DNA from: Spirochaetia bacterium | Lineage (GTDB): Bacteria; Spirochaetota; Spirochaetia; SZUA-6; Bin103 | Assembly: GCA_965199955.1 (NCBI GenBank) | Contig: CBDATQ010000001.1 | Span: 1,248,001 to 1,312,000, forward strand | Length of the DNA: 64,000 nt | Direction of reading: 5' to 3' | Shown here: positions 30,553-40,919 of the stretch, one piece after another | Layout of the letters: each line of letters begins with the position of its first letter | Numbering within the stretch: position 1 is the first letter of the stretch | Program-made: the position numbers and the translations under genes | The notes under the pieces: model-generated | Databases searched by the model: none | Seen by the model: only the letters and a program-made list of their open reading frames with translations | Told to the model about the DNA's origin: nothing

Positions 30553-31611
30553 ATGAGCCGGCCGCTGACCCTGTGGGGGATCATCGAGTCCGAAGGCGCC
30601 GCGCACTATGTCGGTCGCGCCCTCGATGCCGGCGTCACCCGCCTGATTGGGCCGAGCGCGCCGGACGTGGTCGAGCTGGCCCGCAGCCGTGGCCTGGAGG
30701 TGCATCCCTACGTGGCCTGCACGCCGATGCCCACGCACGGACAGCGGCCGGTGTCCTATACGTGGTCGCTCAACTACCTGGGGGTGGATCCGGCGTCTCC
30801 GGAAGCGCGCGAGATCCTGGACCGCCACCGGCCGATCCTGGTCGGCCCGCACCGCGGCGAGCCGAGCATCAATCCGTTCGCGGCCTCCCATCCCGAGTAC
30901 CGGGCCCGGACCGCTGACGGGGCCGACACGCTGGGCTACTGCGACCGTCTGTGCCTCAGCCCCGCGTTTCCCGAGGTGCGCGCGCGGCAGGCGGTGGAGA
31001 TCGCCGAGGCGCTGACCGCCACCGGCGCCGAAGGGGTGCAGGTGGAGTTCGTCAACGGCATGGAGGACGCCGGCGGGCTGGTGCCGGCCGGATACGAGGA
31101 GCGGACGGTGGCCGAGTACCGCCGGGCGTCGGGACGGGACGCCCGCGCTCTGCCCGCGGACGACTCGGAATGGCTGGCGTTCCGCGCCGGCTACGTGACC
31201 GAGATGCTCGCCGAGGCGCGCGAGCGGGTCAAGGCGATCTCGAAGCAGGCGGTGTTCTCCGCCACCATCATAGCGCGCGAGCCCGAGCGCTCCCTGCATG
31301 GGCTGCACGACTGGGCGGCATGGGCCGAGCGGGGCGTGATCGACGAGCTGTACCTGTGGTTCCGCACCGAGAGCGACCCGGATGCGGTCGAGCGGCGCGT
31401 CGGCCATGCGGCGCGTGTGGTGGCCGGGCGCATCCCGCTGTACGCCGAGCTCTCCTGCTACCACGCGGGAAGCTTCCAGGACCCGGACCTGCTGCTGGAG
31501 GGAGCGCGGCGCGCGCTGGCGGCCGGCGCGGACGCCGTCGGGGTGTACCGGCACCACGCGGTCGACCAGCTCGACCTGTGGGACACGCTGGCCATGATCG
31601 GCCGGCTGTAG
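30553..31611 (+). CDS. GHL10/DUF187-like TIM-barrel protein
   Basis: HPEY, LSPAFPEVR, W..FRA..VT, DW..W.ERG.ID, GADAV. Confidence 0.6.
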   Translation: MSRPLTLWGIIESEGAAHYVGRALDAGVTRLIGPSAPDVVELARSRGLEVHPYVACTPMPTHGQRPVSYTWSLNYLGVDPASPEAREILDRHRPILVGPHRGEPSINPFAASHPEYRARTADGADTLGYCDRLCLSPAFPEVRARQAVEIAEALTATGAEGVQVEFVNGMEDAGGLVPAGYEERTVAEYRRASGRDARALPADDSEWLAFRAGYVTEMLAEARERVKAISKQAVFSATIIAREPERSLHGLHDWAAWAERGVIDELYLWFRTESDPDAVERRVGHAARVVAGRIPLYAELSCYHAGSFQDPDLLLEGARRALAAGADAVGVYRHHAVDQLDLWDTLAMIGRL

Positions 31612-31717
31612 GCTTCCGCAGCCGTCCCAAGGCGTGACGGCGCGTTGTCGCGCGCCTATAATCCGCTCGACCTACCGAGCCGGCCGTCCGGCCGGACACT
31701 TCACACGAGGAGCGACG

Positions 31718-33457
31718 ATGAGAAAGCTATCGATAGTCATGCTCGGAATGCTGCTGCTGCCGACCGCAGGCCTGTTTGCAGCCGGCGAGGGGGAGATGGC
31801 CAGCGGTCCCATGCCCCTCACTTGGGCCGGGGTCGGCGGCGCCGCAGTCGGCGAGAACACGGTGATCGAGCAGCTTCTGGAGGAGAAGTTCAACGTCGAG
31901 ATCGACACGATCCGCTACCACCAGAACGACCGCGAGAAGCACAACCTGCTGGTGGCGTCGGGCGAGCATCCGGATGCCTGGTACGTCTGGAACTTCCACG
32001 ACCAGAAGTTCATTGAAGGCGCCTACCGCACCATCCCGCGCAGCATGATCGAAGAGGAGATGCCGTTCTACGTCGACGCCATGAACGAGATCGGCACGGC
32101 CGGCTGGGCCTACTTCCTGGCTCCCGGCAAGAGCGACGAGTACTGGGCGATCCCGCGCTTCCAGCAGCAGTTCGGGAAGGAGGGCAACGGCGCCCAGCAC
32201 TACCTGCGCTACGACTGGCTGGAACGGGTCGGCATGACCGACTTCTTCGACGCAGTCGACCAGAGCCCGGAGAACAAGCCCGACACCTTCTACTGGGAAC
32301 CCGCCGTCCACGACATCGACGAATTCGAGTCGGTGCTGGCGGCGTTCCGCGACAAGCTGGACTTCGGTGACGGCCAGGTGCGCATCCCGTACGGGTTCAC
32401 CGGCGACCAGACGCAGGCGTTCATGTTCCGCGCCTCGCTGGTCCTCTACGCCTACGGTCTGAACAACAAGCCCAGCTACGACTACGATGGCGACACGGTG
32501 CCCCCGTACGGCGGCGAGCTGGTCATGGACGGCAACTGCCCGTGCTTCCGGGACGCCACCAAGCGGCTGCAGAAGTGGTACTCGGAAGGCTACATCGATC
32601 CGGAGCTGCCGGCTGTCGGCTTCGAGCAGTGGAAGGACCGCATCGCCTCCGGCGTCTACGGCATCTGCACCACCTGCGGCGTCACCGGCTGGGGCTGGGG
32701 CGACGGTACCGGCCAAGGACAGGGATGGACGGCGGTGCGCGAAGACGGCGCCAAGTGGATGGCATTCACCGGCCTCAGCCACAACGGCACGTACCGTACC
32801 AAGTACAACAACCAGGCGCTGCCGTTCGGCAGCCGCGTGGTCGCCTACACCGTCAACCGAAACGTGTCGGACGAGAAGCTGCGGCGCCTGCTTTCGATCT
32901 ACGACTACGTGAACTTCGACCCGCTCGGCCGGATCATGGCCGGCAGCCCCGGCGGCCTGGAGGGCGTGCACTGGGAGTGGGACGGCGAGCCCGATCGCTC
33001 CAGCGACATCGCGCTGTCCAACTCGCCCCGCAAGGCGCTCGAGGGCTGGACCTTCGAGAACGTCGGCGGCCACTACTTTACGCACCAGACGTTCCCGGCC
33101 CGGTACGCGGTCGCGCGCGCCAGGAACGCCGACCACCAGGCGTGGATCGACCACTACTTCACCGGCCCCGGCCAGCAGTTCTCGCTGCCGCCGTACAAGG
33201 AAGACGTCTTCAACCAGACCGAGTACACGGCGATCGCCGGCGAGGTGACCGCCGCGCTCTGGACGATCCGCGACGAGTTTTACTTCAAGGCGATGACCAA
33301 CGCCGACTTTGACGTGGACGCCGAGTGGGACGCCCACGTGGAGAAGTACCTGAACGCCGGCGCGCAGCGCCTGCTGGATGAGCTCAACAAGCTCACCTAC
33401 AATGTTCCCGACTTCAAGTCCGGGAAGATCTCGGTCGAGGAGGCCCTGGGGCAGTAA
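31718..33457 (+). CDS. extracellular solute-binding protein (carbohydrate ABC type), orphan
   Basis: Signal MRKLSIVMLGMLLLPTAGLFAAGEGE, LLVASGEHPD, RYDWLERVG, KWYSEGYIDPE, D.EWD..VEKY...G; GAGGAG RBS. Confidence 0.85.
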   Translation: MRKLSIVMLGMLLLPTAGLFAAGEGEMASGPMPLTWAGVGGAAVGENTVIEQLLEEKFNVEIDTIRYHQNDREKHNLLVASGEHPDAWYVWNFHDQKFIEGAYRTIPRSMIEEEMPFYVDAMNEIGTAGWAYFLAPGKSDEYWAIPRFQQQFGKEGNGAQHYLRYDWLERVGMTDFFDAVDQSPENKPDTFYWEPAVHDIDEFESVLAAFRDKLDFGDGQVRIPYGFTGDQTQAFMFRASLVLYAYGLNNKPSYDYDGDTVPPYGGELVMDGNCPCFRDATKRLQKWYSEGYIDPELPAVGFEQWKDRIASGVYGICTTCGVTGWGWGDGTGQGQGWTAVREDGAKWMAFTGLSHNGTYRTKYNNQALPFGSRVVAYTVNRNVSDEKLRRLLSIYDYVNFDPLGRIMAGSPGGLEGVHWEWDGEPDRSSDIALSNSPRKALEGWTFENVGGHYFTHQTFPARYAVARARNADHQAWIDHYFTGPGQQFSLPPYKEDVFNQTEYTAIAGEVTAALWTIRDEFYFKAMTNADFDVDAEWDAHVEKYLNAGAQRLLDELNKLTYNVPDFKSGKISVEEALGQ

Positions 33458-33488
33458 CGCGCCTCACTCGGGTCACACGATCGGATCG

Positions 33489-33524
33489 CGAAAAGAGCCG
33501 GCGGGTTTCCGCCGGCTCTTTTCG
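33489..33524. terminator. bidirectional rho-independent terminator
   Basis: CGAAAAGAGCCGGCGG-gttt-CCGCCGGCTCTTTTCG perfect 16-bp inverted repeat between convergent genes. Confidence 0.9.
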
Positions 33525-33539
33525 TCTACCTCCAACGCA

Positions 33540-35312
33540 TCAGATCGCCGGGATGATCAGGTTCCAGTTGGGGTAGATCAGGTCGGGGTTCTGGATCAGG
33601 TCGCGATTGCGCCGCCAGATCCGCGGCCACAGGAACGGATCGGCGTACCAGCGGTCGTACTCCGCGATGCGCCACAGGCTTTCGCGCCGTTCCGGAATGA
33701 GCTGCACGGTGTGGATGCCGAGGACGGTGTAGAGCTTGTAGCGCTCCAGGTAACGGCGGGCGTCCTCGAAGCGCTCGATGGACTGACCGTACTTCCGGTC
33801 ATCGAACGCCACCACGCCGTCGATCCAGAGCTCCCGAGCCATGAGCAGATCGTTCGAAGCCCCGCGCTCGATCCCGTCCAGGATCGCCCGGCGACGCGCC
33901 CCGCCTGCGCGCAGCGCGTCCAGCACGGGCCGGCCCGACCATGGCTGCGGCGTGATGACGTCGCCCTGTTCGGTCACCACCGTAAGCTCCGAGGCCGCCT
34001 CCAGCTCCTCCATCACCGCCTGCAGCAGCGCGGCGGCCCGCTCCATGTGCTCGGTATAGGCCTCGTCGGCCACGGACATCAGGTTGCGGCACACCTCGAT
34101 CGCGGCGCCGAACGCCTCTTCGGCGTCGGCCAGCCGGTAGGACTGGATGGCCTCCAGGCCGGTCAGGTATAGCGTGTTGAGCCGCTGGTACAGCGACCGC
34201 AGCTCTCGCACCCTCGCCGCGGCCCAGCCGCTTGTGTCGAGTTGCTGGACGGCGGCCAGACAGCGCTCCGCCTCCACCCGTGCTCCGTACAGCAGCTCCA
34301 GCCGGTCGAGGAGCGAATCGCGCAAGGCCAGCATGTCGTCGGCGGTGGCCAGGGCCAGCCGGTACGCTCCGAAGTAGTCGCGTGACCGGTAAAGGTCCTC
34401 GGCACGCCGGATGGCGTCGACCATTTCCAGGAAGGAGCCCGGCATCCAGAGATCCGCCTGGATTCCCTGCAGTTCGTCAAGCCGGCTCTGCAGCAGGTTG
34501 CGCAGACGCTCCGCGGCCAGCCGCACCGAGTTCTCGAATGCCGCGACGGCCCGCGCTTCCGCGGCCTTCAGGGATACGTGCGATCCACCCGGGTCGACCT
34601 CGCGGATTCGTCCGGAGGTGCGCAGAGCCCTGCGGGCCGCGTCCAGGTTCTGCGGATCGTAGAACGCCGCGTCCACTTCCTCGGCGCGCGCGATCAGCAC
34701 GCGCACCCGGTCGAGATCGGCGTCCGTGGGCGGCTGAATGATCGCCGGACCGGCGGGACGCGCCGGCGGCGGGTAGGACGGGAGCACGGGCAGCGCGGCG
34801 CTCACGGCCGGATGTCGCGGCCGCTGCGGTTCCACCTGTGCCCCCACGGCGGGAGCCGTACCGGCGCCGGATCCTGTGGGCGTCATGATCGCACCCGGCA
34901 TGATCGGTTGCGGCACCTTCCTCACCGGGTGCTCCGGGCGCGCGGGCATGGTGTGCTCGCCGGGGCCCGGCGTCCCCTCGGCTCCGGCGCCCACCGGCCT
35001 TGGCGGGCCCCCAACCTCGTCCATGTGGCCCGACGCCAGCAGTTCGGATCGTCCTTCCCCCCCAGCGCCAAACAGGCCGGTATCGAGAGCCGGCTGGGCC
35101 ACGTGCGGGACGGCCGCGAGGTCGATCAGCGGCGGCGGCATCGCCGGCTCGTCCAATCGGGCGGCCGGAAGCGCGGTCACCGACGGTGGTGCGATGTGAA
35201 TTCCCAGGTCGAGGGGAATGGAGACGGGCTGCGTGGCGCAGACCGTGAGCACCAGCGGGAAGACGGCTGCGATCGCGAGGTGACACCATCTGGTCACCGA
35301 CTGCGTGGTCAT
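33540..35312 (-). CDS. spirochaete-type LysM peptidoglycan-binding (lipo)protein with Pro-rich linker and helical region
   Basis: N-terminal hydrophobic segment ending VLTVC, Pro-rich stretch, C-terminal HTV....RESLWRIA....YADPFLWPRIWRRN...IQNPDLIYP. Confidence 0.75.
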   Translation of the reverse strand: MTTQSVTRWCHLAIAAVFPLVLTVCATQPVSIPLDLGIHIAPPSVTALPAARLDEPAMPPPLIDLAAVPHVAQPALDTGLFGAGGEGRSELLASGHMDEVGGPPRPVGAGAEGTPGPGEHTMPARPEHPVRKVPQPIMPGAIMTPTGSGAGTAPAVGAQVEPQRPRHPAVSAALPVLPSYPPPARPAGPAIIQPPTDADLDRVRVLIARAEEVDAAFYDPQNLDAARRALRTSGRIREVDPGGSHVSLKAAEARAVAAFENSVRLAAERLRNLLQSRLDELQGIQADLWMPGSFLEMVDAIRRAEDLYRSRDYFGAYRLALATADDMLALRDSLLDRLELLYGARVEAERCLAAVQQLDTSGWAAARVRELRSLYQRLNTLYLTGLEAIQSYRLADAEEAFGAAIEVCRNLMSVADEAYTEHMERAAALLQAVMEELEAASELTVVTEQGDVITPQPWSGRPVLDALRAGGARRRAILDGIERGASNDLLMARELWIDGVVAFDDRKYGQSIERFEDARRYLERYKLYTVLGIHTVQLIPERRESLWRIAEYDRWYADPFLWPRIWRRNRDLIQNPDLIYPNWNLIIPAI

Positions 35313-35458
35313 TGAGTTTCGTCCCTACCTTCGTCTTATCGGCTGCGCGGGACGTTGGCCGGAGTCCGAATGAGCGACGCCTCGACACAGCACAAGAATA
35401 TCGGTTCAGACAGGCTTCGGGGGACTACGGATGGGCGGTCCGCTCCAGCATCTGAGCG

Positions 35459-36029
35459 CTACGAGTGCGGGTTGAGCACCTCAGGGTTGAGAATGGTCGG
35501 CGGCGTGCGGCCGTCCAGGACGTTCTGGCACGCGATCTCCACGGCGCGGACCATGGTGCGCTCGGTGTCGCCGCCCACGTGCGGGGAGAGCACCACCTGC
35601 TCCATCGACAGCAGCGGGTTGCCTGGATCGGGGGGCTCGTCGGCCAGCACGTCCCGGCCGGCGCCGGCCAGGTGGCCGGAGGCGAGCGCGTGGATAAGCG
35701 CCGGCTCGTCCACGACCCGCCCGTGGCAGGTGTTGATCAGATAGGCGCCGCGCTTCATCGCGGCCAGCTCGGACGCGCCGATCAGGCCACGGGTCTCTTC
35801 CGTCAGAGGGAAGTGCAGGCTGACGATGTCCGACTCGGCGAGCACCCGCTCGAAGGGGGCGTCGATGACGCCGTGGCGGGCGGCGGCCCCGGAGAGGGCT
35901 GCGACGAGCTCGGAGGCCTGCAGGTTGCGGCCCACCCGCGGGCCGAAGCGCACCTCCGCCCGCGCGCGCAAGGGCGCAAGCGATCAAGTCCCGGTCGTAG
36001 TAGGTGGTGACGGCGACCAGAGTCGTCAC
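35459..36029 (-). pseudogene. D-isomer-specific 2-hydroxyacid dehydrogenase, frameshifted and internally deleted
   Basis: SDIVSLHFPLTEETRGLI, INT..G.VVDE.AL, SPHVGG are present; the GxGxxG NAD-binding region is absent; frameshift near 35960. Confidence 0.75.
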
Positions 36030-36061
36030 GGTTTTGGCGGCTTCACGATCCGGTGCCGCCG

Positions 36062-37141
36062 CTACTGGACGCCCTTGAGACTCAGCTCCCTGGCGAAGTG
36101 GCAGGCGGCGAAGTGGTTGGGAGCCACCTCCTCCCAAGCCGGCTCCTCCGAACGGCATCGGTCCTGGGCGTACAGGCAGCGTGGATGGAAGTAGCACCCG
36201 GACGGCGGGTTGGCGGGATTGGCCACCTCGCCCGGGAGGATGATGCGGTCCATGTGCGTTTCCGGATCGGGCTGCGGCACCGCGGAAAGCAGTGCCTCCG
36301 TGTACGGATGCTTGGGATTGCCGAACAGATCCTCGGTCTCGGCAAGCTCGACCATCTTGCCTACGTACATCACGCCCACCCGGTCGGAGATGTGCTCGAT
36401 GACGCTGAGGTCGTGGGCGATGAACAGGTAGGTGAGGTTGAACTCGGCCTGCAGGTCCTCCAGCAGGTTGAGGATTTGCGCCTGGATGGACACGTCGAGG
36501 GCGGACACCGCCTCGTCACAACAGATGAACTCCGGCTTCGGCGCGAGCGCCCGGGCGATGCCGATACGCTGGCGCTGGCCGCCGGAGAAGGCGTGCGGGT
36601 AGCGCTTGAGGTGCTTGACCTCCAGGCCGACGATGTTCACCAGCTCCTTGACCCGATCTTCCAGTTCCTGTCCGCGCGCCAGGTTGTTGGCCACCAGCGG
36701 CTCGGCGACGATGTCCAATACCGTCATGCGCGGATCGAGCGACGAATAGGGGTCCTGGAAGACCATCTGCATGTGGCGGCGGATCTGCCGCAGCCGGTTC
36801 TTGTCCAGCTTGGTGATGTCGACGGGCGCGTCGGCGGCCTGGAACTGGAAGTTGATCGAGCCGTCGGTGGGCTCGATCGCACGCAGGATGCAGCGCCCCA
36901 GGGTCGTCTTGCCGCAGCCGGACTCTCCCACCAGGCCGAGCGTCTCTCCCTCGTTGATGAACAGATTGATGCGGTCGACGGCCTTGACGTGACCGGTGAC
37001 GCGGCGCAGGAACCCCTTTTCGATCGGGAAGTACTTGCGCAGCTCATCGACTCTCAGGAGCGTTCGCGCTCCGTTTCCCGCGGGTGCTCCGCCCGTGGCG
37101 GCGGACCGCTGCGTGCCTCCGCGGCTGTCGGGTTCGCTCAT
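36062..37141 (-). CDS. peptide/nickel ABC transporter ATP-binding subunit (OppF/DppF-like)
   Basis: GESGCGKTT, FSGGQRQR, CCDEAVSALD, C-terminal C.FHPRC. Confidence 0.93.
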   Translation of the reverse strand: MSEPDSRGGTQRSAATGGAPAGNGARTLLRVDELRKYFPIEKGFLRRVTGHVKAVDRINLFINEGETLGLVGESGCGKTTLGRCILRAIEPTDGSINFQFQAADAPVDITKLDKNRLRQIRRHMQMVFQDPYSSLDPRMTVLDIVAEPLVANNLARGQELEDRVKELVNIVGLEVKHLKRYPHAFSGGQRQRIGIARALAPKPEFICCDEAVSALDVSIQAQILNLLEDLQAEFNLTYLFIAHDLSVIEHISDRVGVMYVGKMVELAETEDLFGNPKHPYTEALLSAVPQPDPETHMDRIILPGEVANPANPPSGCYFHPRCLYAQDRCRSEEPAWEEVAPNHFAACHFARELSLKGVQ

Positions 37142-38205
37142 CGTGCCGCTCCTAACGCTCGCCGGGGTTGCTCCGGCGTCTCGGGGATGGGTTCGGTCTG
37201 CGGGCTGTGCAGGTAGCAGCGGACCGAGTGGCCGGGGGAAACCTCGACCAGGCCCGGCACCTCCATGTCACAGGTTCCGGCGATGGCGTCCGGGCAGCGG
37301 CTGTAGAAGCCGCACATGCGCGGCGGGTCGAGCGGGATCGGCACGGTGCCTTCGATCGCCTCCAGGCGCTGCTTGGCCTCCTTGCCCATGCGCGGAATCG
37401 ACTTCAGCAGCAGCCGTGTGTAGGGGTGCAGGGGGTTGCGGAACAACTCCTTGGTAACCGCGTGCTCCACCACGCGCCCCAAGTACATCACCGCGACCTC
37501 GTCGGCGATCTCGGCGATCACCCCCAAGTCGTGGGTGATGTACAGGATCGCCATGCCGAACTCCTCCTGGAGTTGCTCCATCAGGTCCAGGATCTGCGCC
37601 TGCACGGTCACGTCGAGCGCCGTGGTTGGTTCGTCGGCGATCAGCAGCTTGGGGTTGCAGGACAGCGCCATCGCAATCATGGCGCGCTGGCGCAGGCCGC
37701 CGGAGAGCTGGTGCGGGTACTCGTTGATGCGCTGCGACGGATTGGGGATGCCGACCTTGTCCAGCATGTCCACGGCCAGGGAGTGCGCCTCCTGCTTGTC
37801 CCTGGTCTTGTGCAGGAGGATGGCTTCCTCGATCTGGTTGCCGATGGTGTGCACCGGCGACAGGCTGGTCATCGGCTCCTGGAAGATCATCGAGATCTCC
37901 TTGCCCCGGATGGCGCGAACCGAATGGCCGAACGGGTCCATGTCCGCGAGGTCGACGGCGGGCTCTGCGTCGCGGTGCAGCAGTATGTCGCCGGAAATGA
38001 TGCGGCCCGGCGTTGGAACGATGCGCAGGATGGATTGCGCGGTCACGCTCTTGCCGCAGCCGCTTTCGCCGATGATGCCGAGCGTCTGCCCCTCTCGAAC
38101 GGTCAGGCTGACGCCGTCGACGGCCTTCAGCGTGCCCTCGTCCAGCGAGAAGTGGGTCCTGAGGTCCTTGAGCTCCAGTACCGGCGCCTGGGTAGCGGTG
38201 TTCAC
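37138..38205 (-). CDS. peptide/nickel ABC transporter ATP-binding subunit (OppD/DppD-like)
   Basis: [28 protein letters not shown]. Confidence 0.93.
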   Translation of the reverse strand: MNTATQAPVLELKDLRTHFSLDEGTLKAVDGVSLTVREGQTLGIIGESGCGKSVTAQSILRIVPTPGRIISGDILLHRDAEPAVDLADMDPFGHSVRAIRGKEISMIFQEPMTSLSPVHTIGNQIEEAILLHKTRDKQEAHSLAVDMLDKVGIPNPSQRINEYPHQLSGGLRQRAMIAMALSCNPKLLIADEPTTALDVTVQAQILDLMEQLQEEFGMAILYITHDLGVIAEIADEVAVMYLGRVVEHAVTKELFRNPLHPYTRLLLKSIPRMGKEAKQRLEAIEGTVPIPLDPPRMCGFYSRCPDAIAGTCDMEVPGLVEVSPGHSVRCYLHSPQTEPIPETPEQPRRALGAAR

Positions 38206-38268
38206 GAGAGGCCCGAGTGTGTGCCGCCGCCGGCTTCCGGTCAAGCCCCGCCCGCCGGGCGGTCCGAC

Positions 38269-38480
38269 GGAACCTTCAGCTCGACCTACGCGCGTGACAA
38301 TCCTGACCGAGAGGACTTGGCGGAGAGCTTTGTGCCGTACCTGCTGGTGCGATACCGGTCAGATCGCATGCCGCCTGAGCTCGTCGAGACGATTCGCCGG
38401 ACGATCCCTCATCGGCTTGAGTATCTCGACCGGAATCTGGAAGGCCGGTGGTGTCCCATGGTGCCGGAGGACTGTGAATC
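38269..38480 (+). pseudogene. orphan 3' fragment of a probable zincin-like metallopeptidase
   Basis: STYARDNPDREDLAESF matches the SxYA...EDxAES third-ligand segment of gluzincin-like proteins; no start or HExxH upstream. Confidence 0.4.
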
Positions 38481-38595
38481 GGATCAATCGTGCGAGGGGC
38501 AGCGCGATCGGGAGGTTCGGGACGCGGGCAGCGAAGACCGTGGTGAAAGGATAGATCTGAAGCGATATAGCTCTGCGGTCCTTCGGCACTTTAGC

Positions 38596-40586
38596 CCGAA
38601 GTTCCAGGAGCGAAATTGCCTGAAGTCCTTGTGGTCAGGGTAGTTTCTCAATGGTGCAGGTTCCTGTGCATGGCTACATGCGGGGCGTGACCCCAAGCAG
38701 CTCGAAACAGCGCTGCTGAACCGGCGTCGGGTGCGTGTGCAGCGTGAACGTGCTGCCGCCCTCTGCAACCTGCATCGTGTTCGCCGTCAGCGTGCCCAGC
38801 TCAGTGATCAGCGTGCGAAAGCTGTGCACCGGCAACCCGTCCTCGGTGCGCTTGCTCGACGCCTTGGCCGCCGCGGCCGCCGATCGCTGCCGGAGCCACC
38901 TCGGAGACCCGCTTGCGCTCGGCGCCCTGTCGATCGTGATCGTCGAACAGCAACGGCGCCAGCGAGCGCCGCATGTGCCACTCCACGTAGTAGGCCAGCA
39001 TGCACAGCAGCACGTGCGCCCGCACCCGATCGGCGCGCCGGTGGTGAATCGGGCGCACCTTCAGGTCCACGGACTTCATGCACCGAAACGCCCGCTCCAC
39101 CTTCGACAGCCCCTTGTAGGCGCGCACCGTCTGCGCCGCGTCGAGCACCTGCGGCTCCACGTTGCTGCGCACGATGTACAGCCCGTCCAGCGCCTGCTCG
39201 GCGTCGATCTTGGCCTCATCGCGCCGAAAGCTGAACGACTCGGAGGTGATCTCGGTCACGAAGTGCTTGCCCACCTTGTAGTGATTGATCACCTTGCCGA
39301 CCCGCATGCCGATCTCGGCCTCGCCCCGTAGCGGCTGATGGACGCGCTGGGTGGCCTGAGCGATCGGGGCCAGCTTCTGCTCGGTGGCCTGTAGCAGCTC
39401 CTGGCGCTTGCGCTCCCGTTCGTCGGCCAGCAACGGGTTGCGGCACACGATCAGCCGCTCGCCCGGAAACTCCTCGCTGGTGATCTCGGCCAGGTCGCGC
39501 TCGTCGAACAACGACGGCGCCACCTCGCCGGCGGCCACCAGCTTGCGGATCGTCGGCGCGCGCAGCGTGGTGATCCAGCGCAGCCCCTCCACCTCTTGCA
39601 GGTCCTCGCGGATCCTCGCCGCGCTCAGCATCCCGCGGTCGCCGACCAGCACCACCCGCGTGAGCCCGAAGCGGGTGCGGATCTTGTCCACCTGCGCGCT
39701 CACCGTCTTCGGGTCGGCGGTAGAGCCAGGGAATACCTCCACCGCCACCGGACAGCCTTCCTGGGTGCACAGCAGCCCGAACACGATCTGCAGCGTGCCC
39801 GACTTGCCGTCACGGCTGTGTCCCAACTGCGCCAGCTCGCAGTGGCTGCCCTCGAAGTAGGTCGAGCTCACGTCGTAGAGCACCAGCGTGTGCTCGCTGA
39901 GGTGCTGTTCGGCCAGGCGGTCCTCGATCGCCGCCTGGCGCCCGACCAACCAGTCCATCGCCTCGTAGAGCTCGTTCTCATCGACCTCCCCCAACCGCAG
40001 CGACTCGCCCAGGGTGGACACGGCGCTGGGCGGTGAGAGCGCGCGGGCGGTGGCCAGTTTGGACTGCGCGTCGATGACGCGGGCGGTGATCATGGCGATG
40101 ATCAGCTCGCGCGAGCGGCTGGCCTTGCGGGCGATGAGGGTATGGAGTCCGAGCTGCTTGAGGATGCCCAGCACGGCGGCGACGTGGCCGTGGGGCAGCG
40201 AGCGCGTGAGCAGCAACGCATCCGAGACCGAGGCGAAGGCGTGGCCGCCCTTGAGCAGGGTGCGCAAGCCGTCGACCAGATCAGGGGGCCATTTGGAGAG
40301 GTTCGCGAGCGTGCGCTTCTTGACCTTGCCGTGCTCGCGGTAGGACTCGCGGAGCAGGATGGCAGGGGGAGAGGAGCGGTTGGGGACAGACTCGATGTAC
40401 ATGACTACTGATCTGTGGCAACAGAATACACACAAGTCACGATATGTCAAGATCAAATAGCATGTATCTCGCCGCTATTCACCACCATCTGCATGGACAC
40501 GAAACGACGCCAATCAGCACGCAGATCACCTTGCAACTAATTTTCTGTCAATGAAATTACGAGAGATTCACGCTCTGGAACTTCGG
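38596..40586 (-). mobile_element. IS1634-family insertion sequence
   Basis: Perfect 12-bp TIR CCGAAGTTCCAG (38596-38607) / CTGGAACTTCGG (40575-40586); 6-bp TSD TTTAGC at 38590-38595 and 40587-40592. Confidence 0.92.
38674..40402 (-). pseudogene. IS1634-family DDE transposase with one frameshift near the 3' end
   Basis: MYIESVPNRSSPPAILLRESYRE, LYDVSSTYFEG, VGDRGM, VERAFR..K, RVRAHV..CMLAY. After a shift at ~38890 it continues RTEDGLPVHSFRTL...PTPVQQRCFELLGV to TAG 38674. Confidence 0.88.
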
Positions 40587-40919
40587 TTTAGCGCAACAGA
40601 GAGCGATGTCGGAACGTCGATCACCTTCGTCAACAGCACGGAAGCTGAATGTAGAGACGCAATGAGCTGGAATGAAAGAACCGCGACATCGGCTCACGTT
40701 GGCCGGGCTGAGACGGCATCGCTGACCGAAGCGGAGGCTAAGACGTCGAAGATGACGACCAAAGGAATGCACCGTGCTATCGGCGGCGAGAAGGGTCGTC
40801 TCCAACGCATGGCACTGAGGTCTGACTTTCCGTGTCGACCGTCACCGCTCAGCAGCAACATCTGGTCTTCGTCGAGCAGTGGGTCTGGTGGGGGCGGGCG
40901 GCGACCGTGCGCCGGCGCT

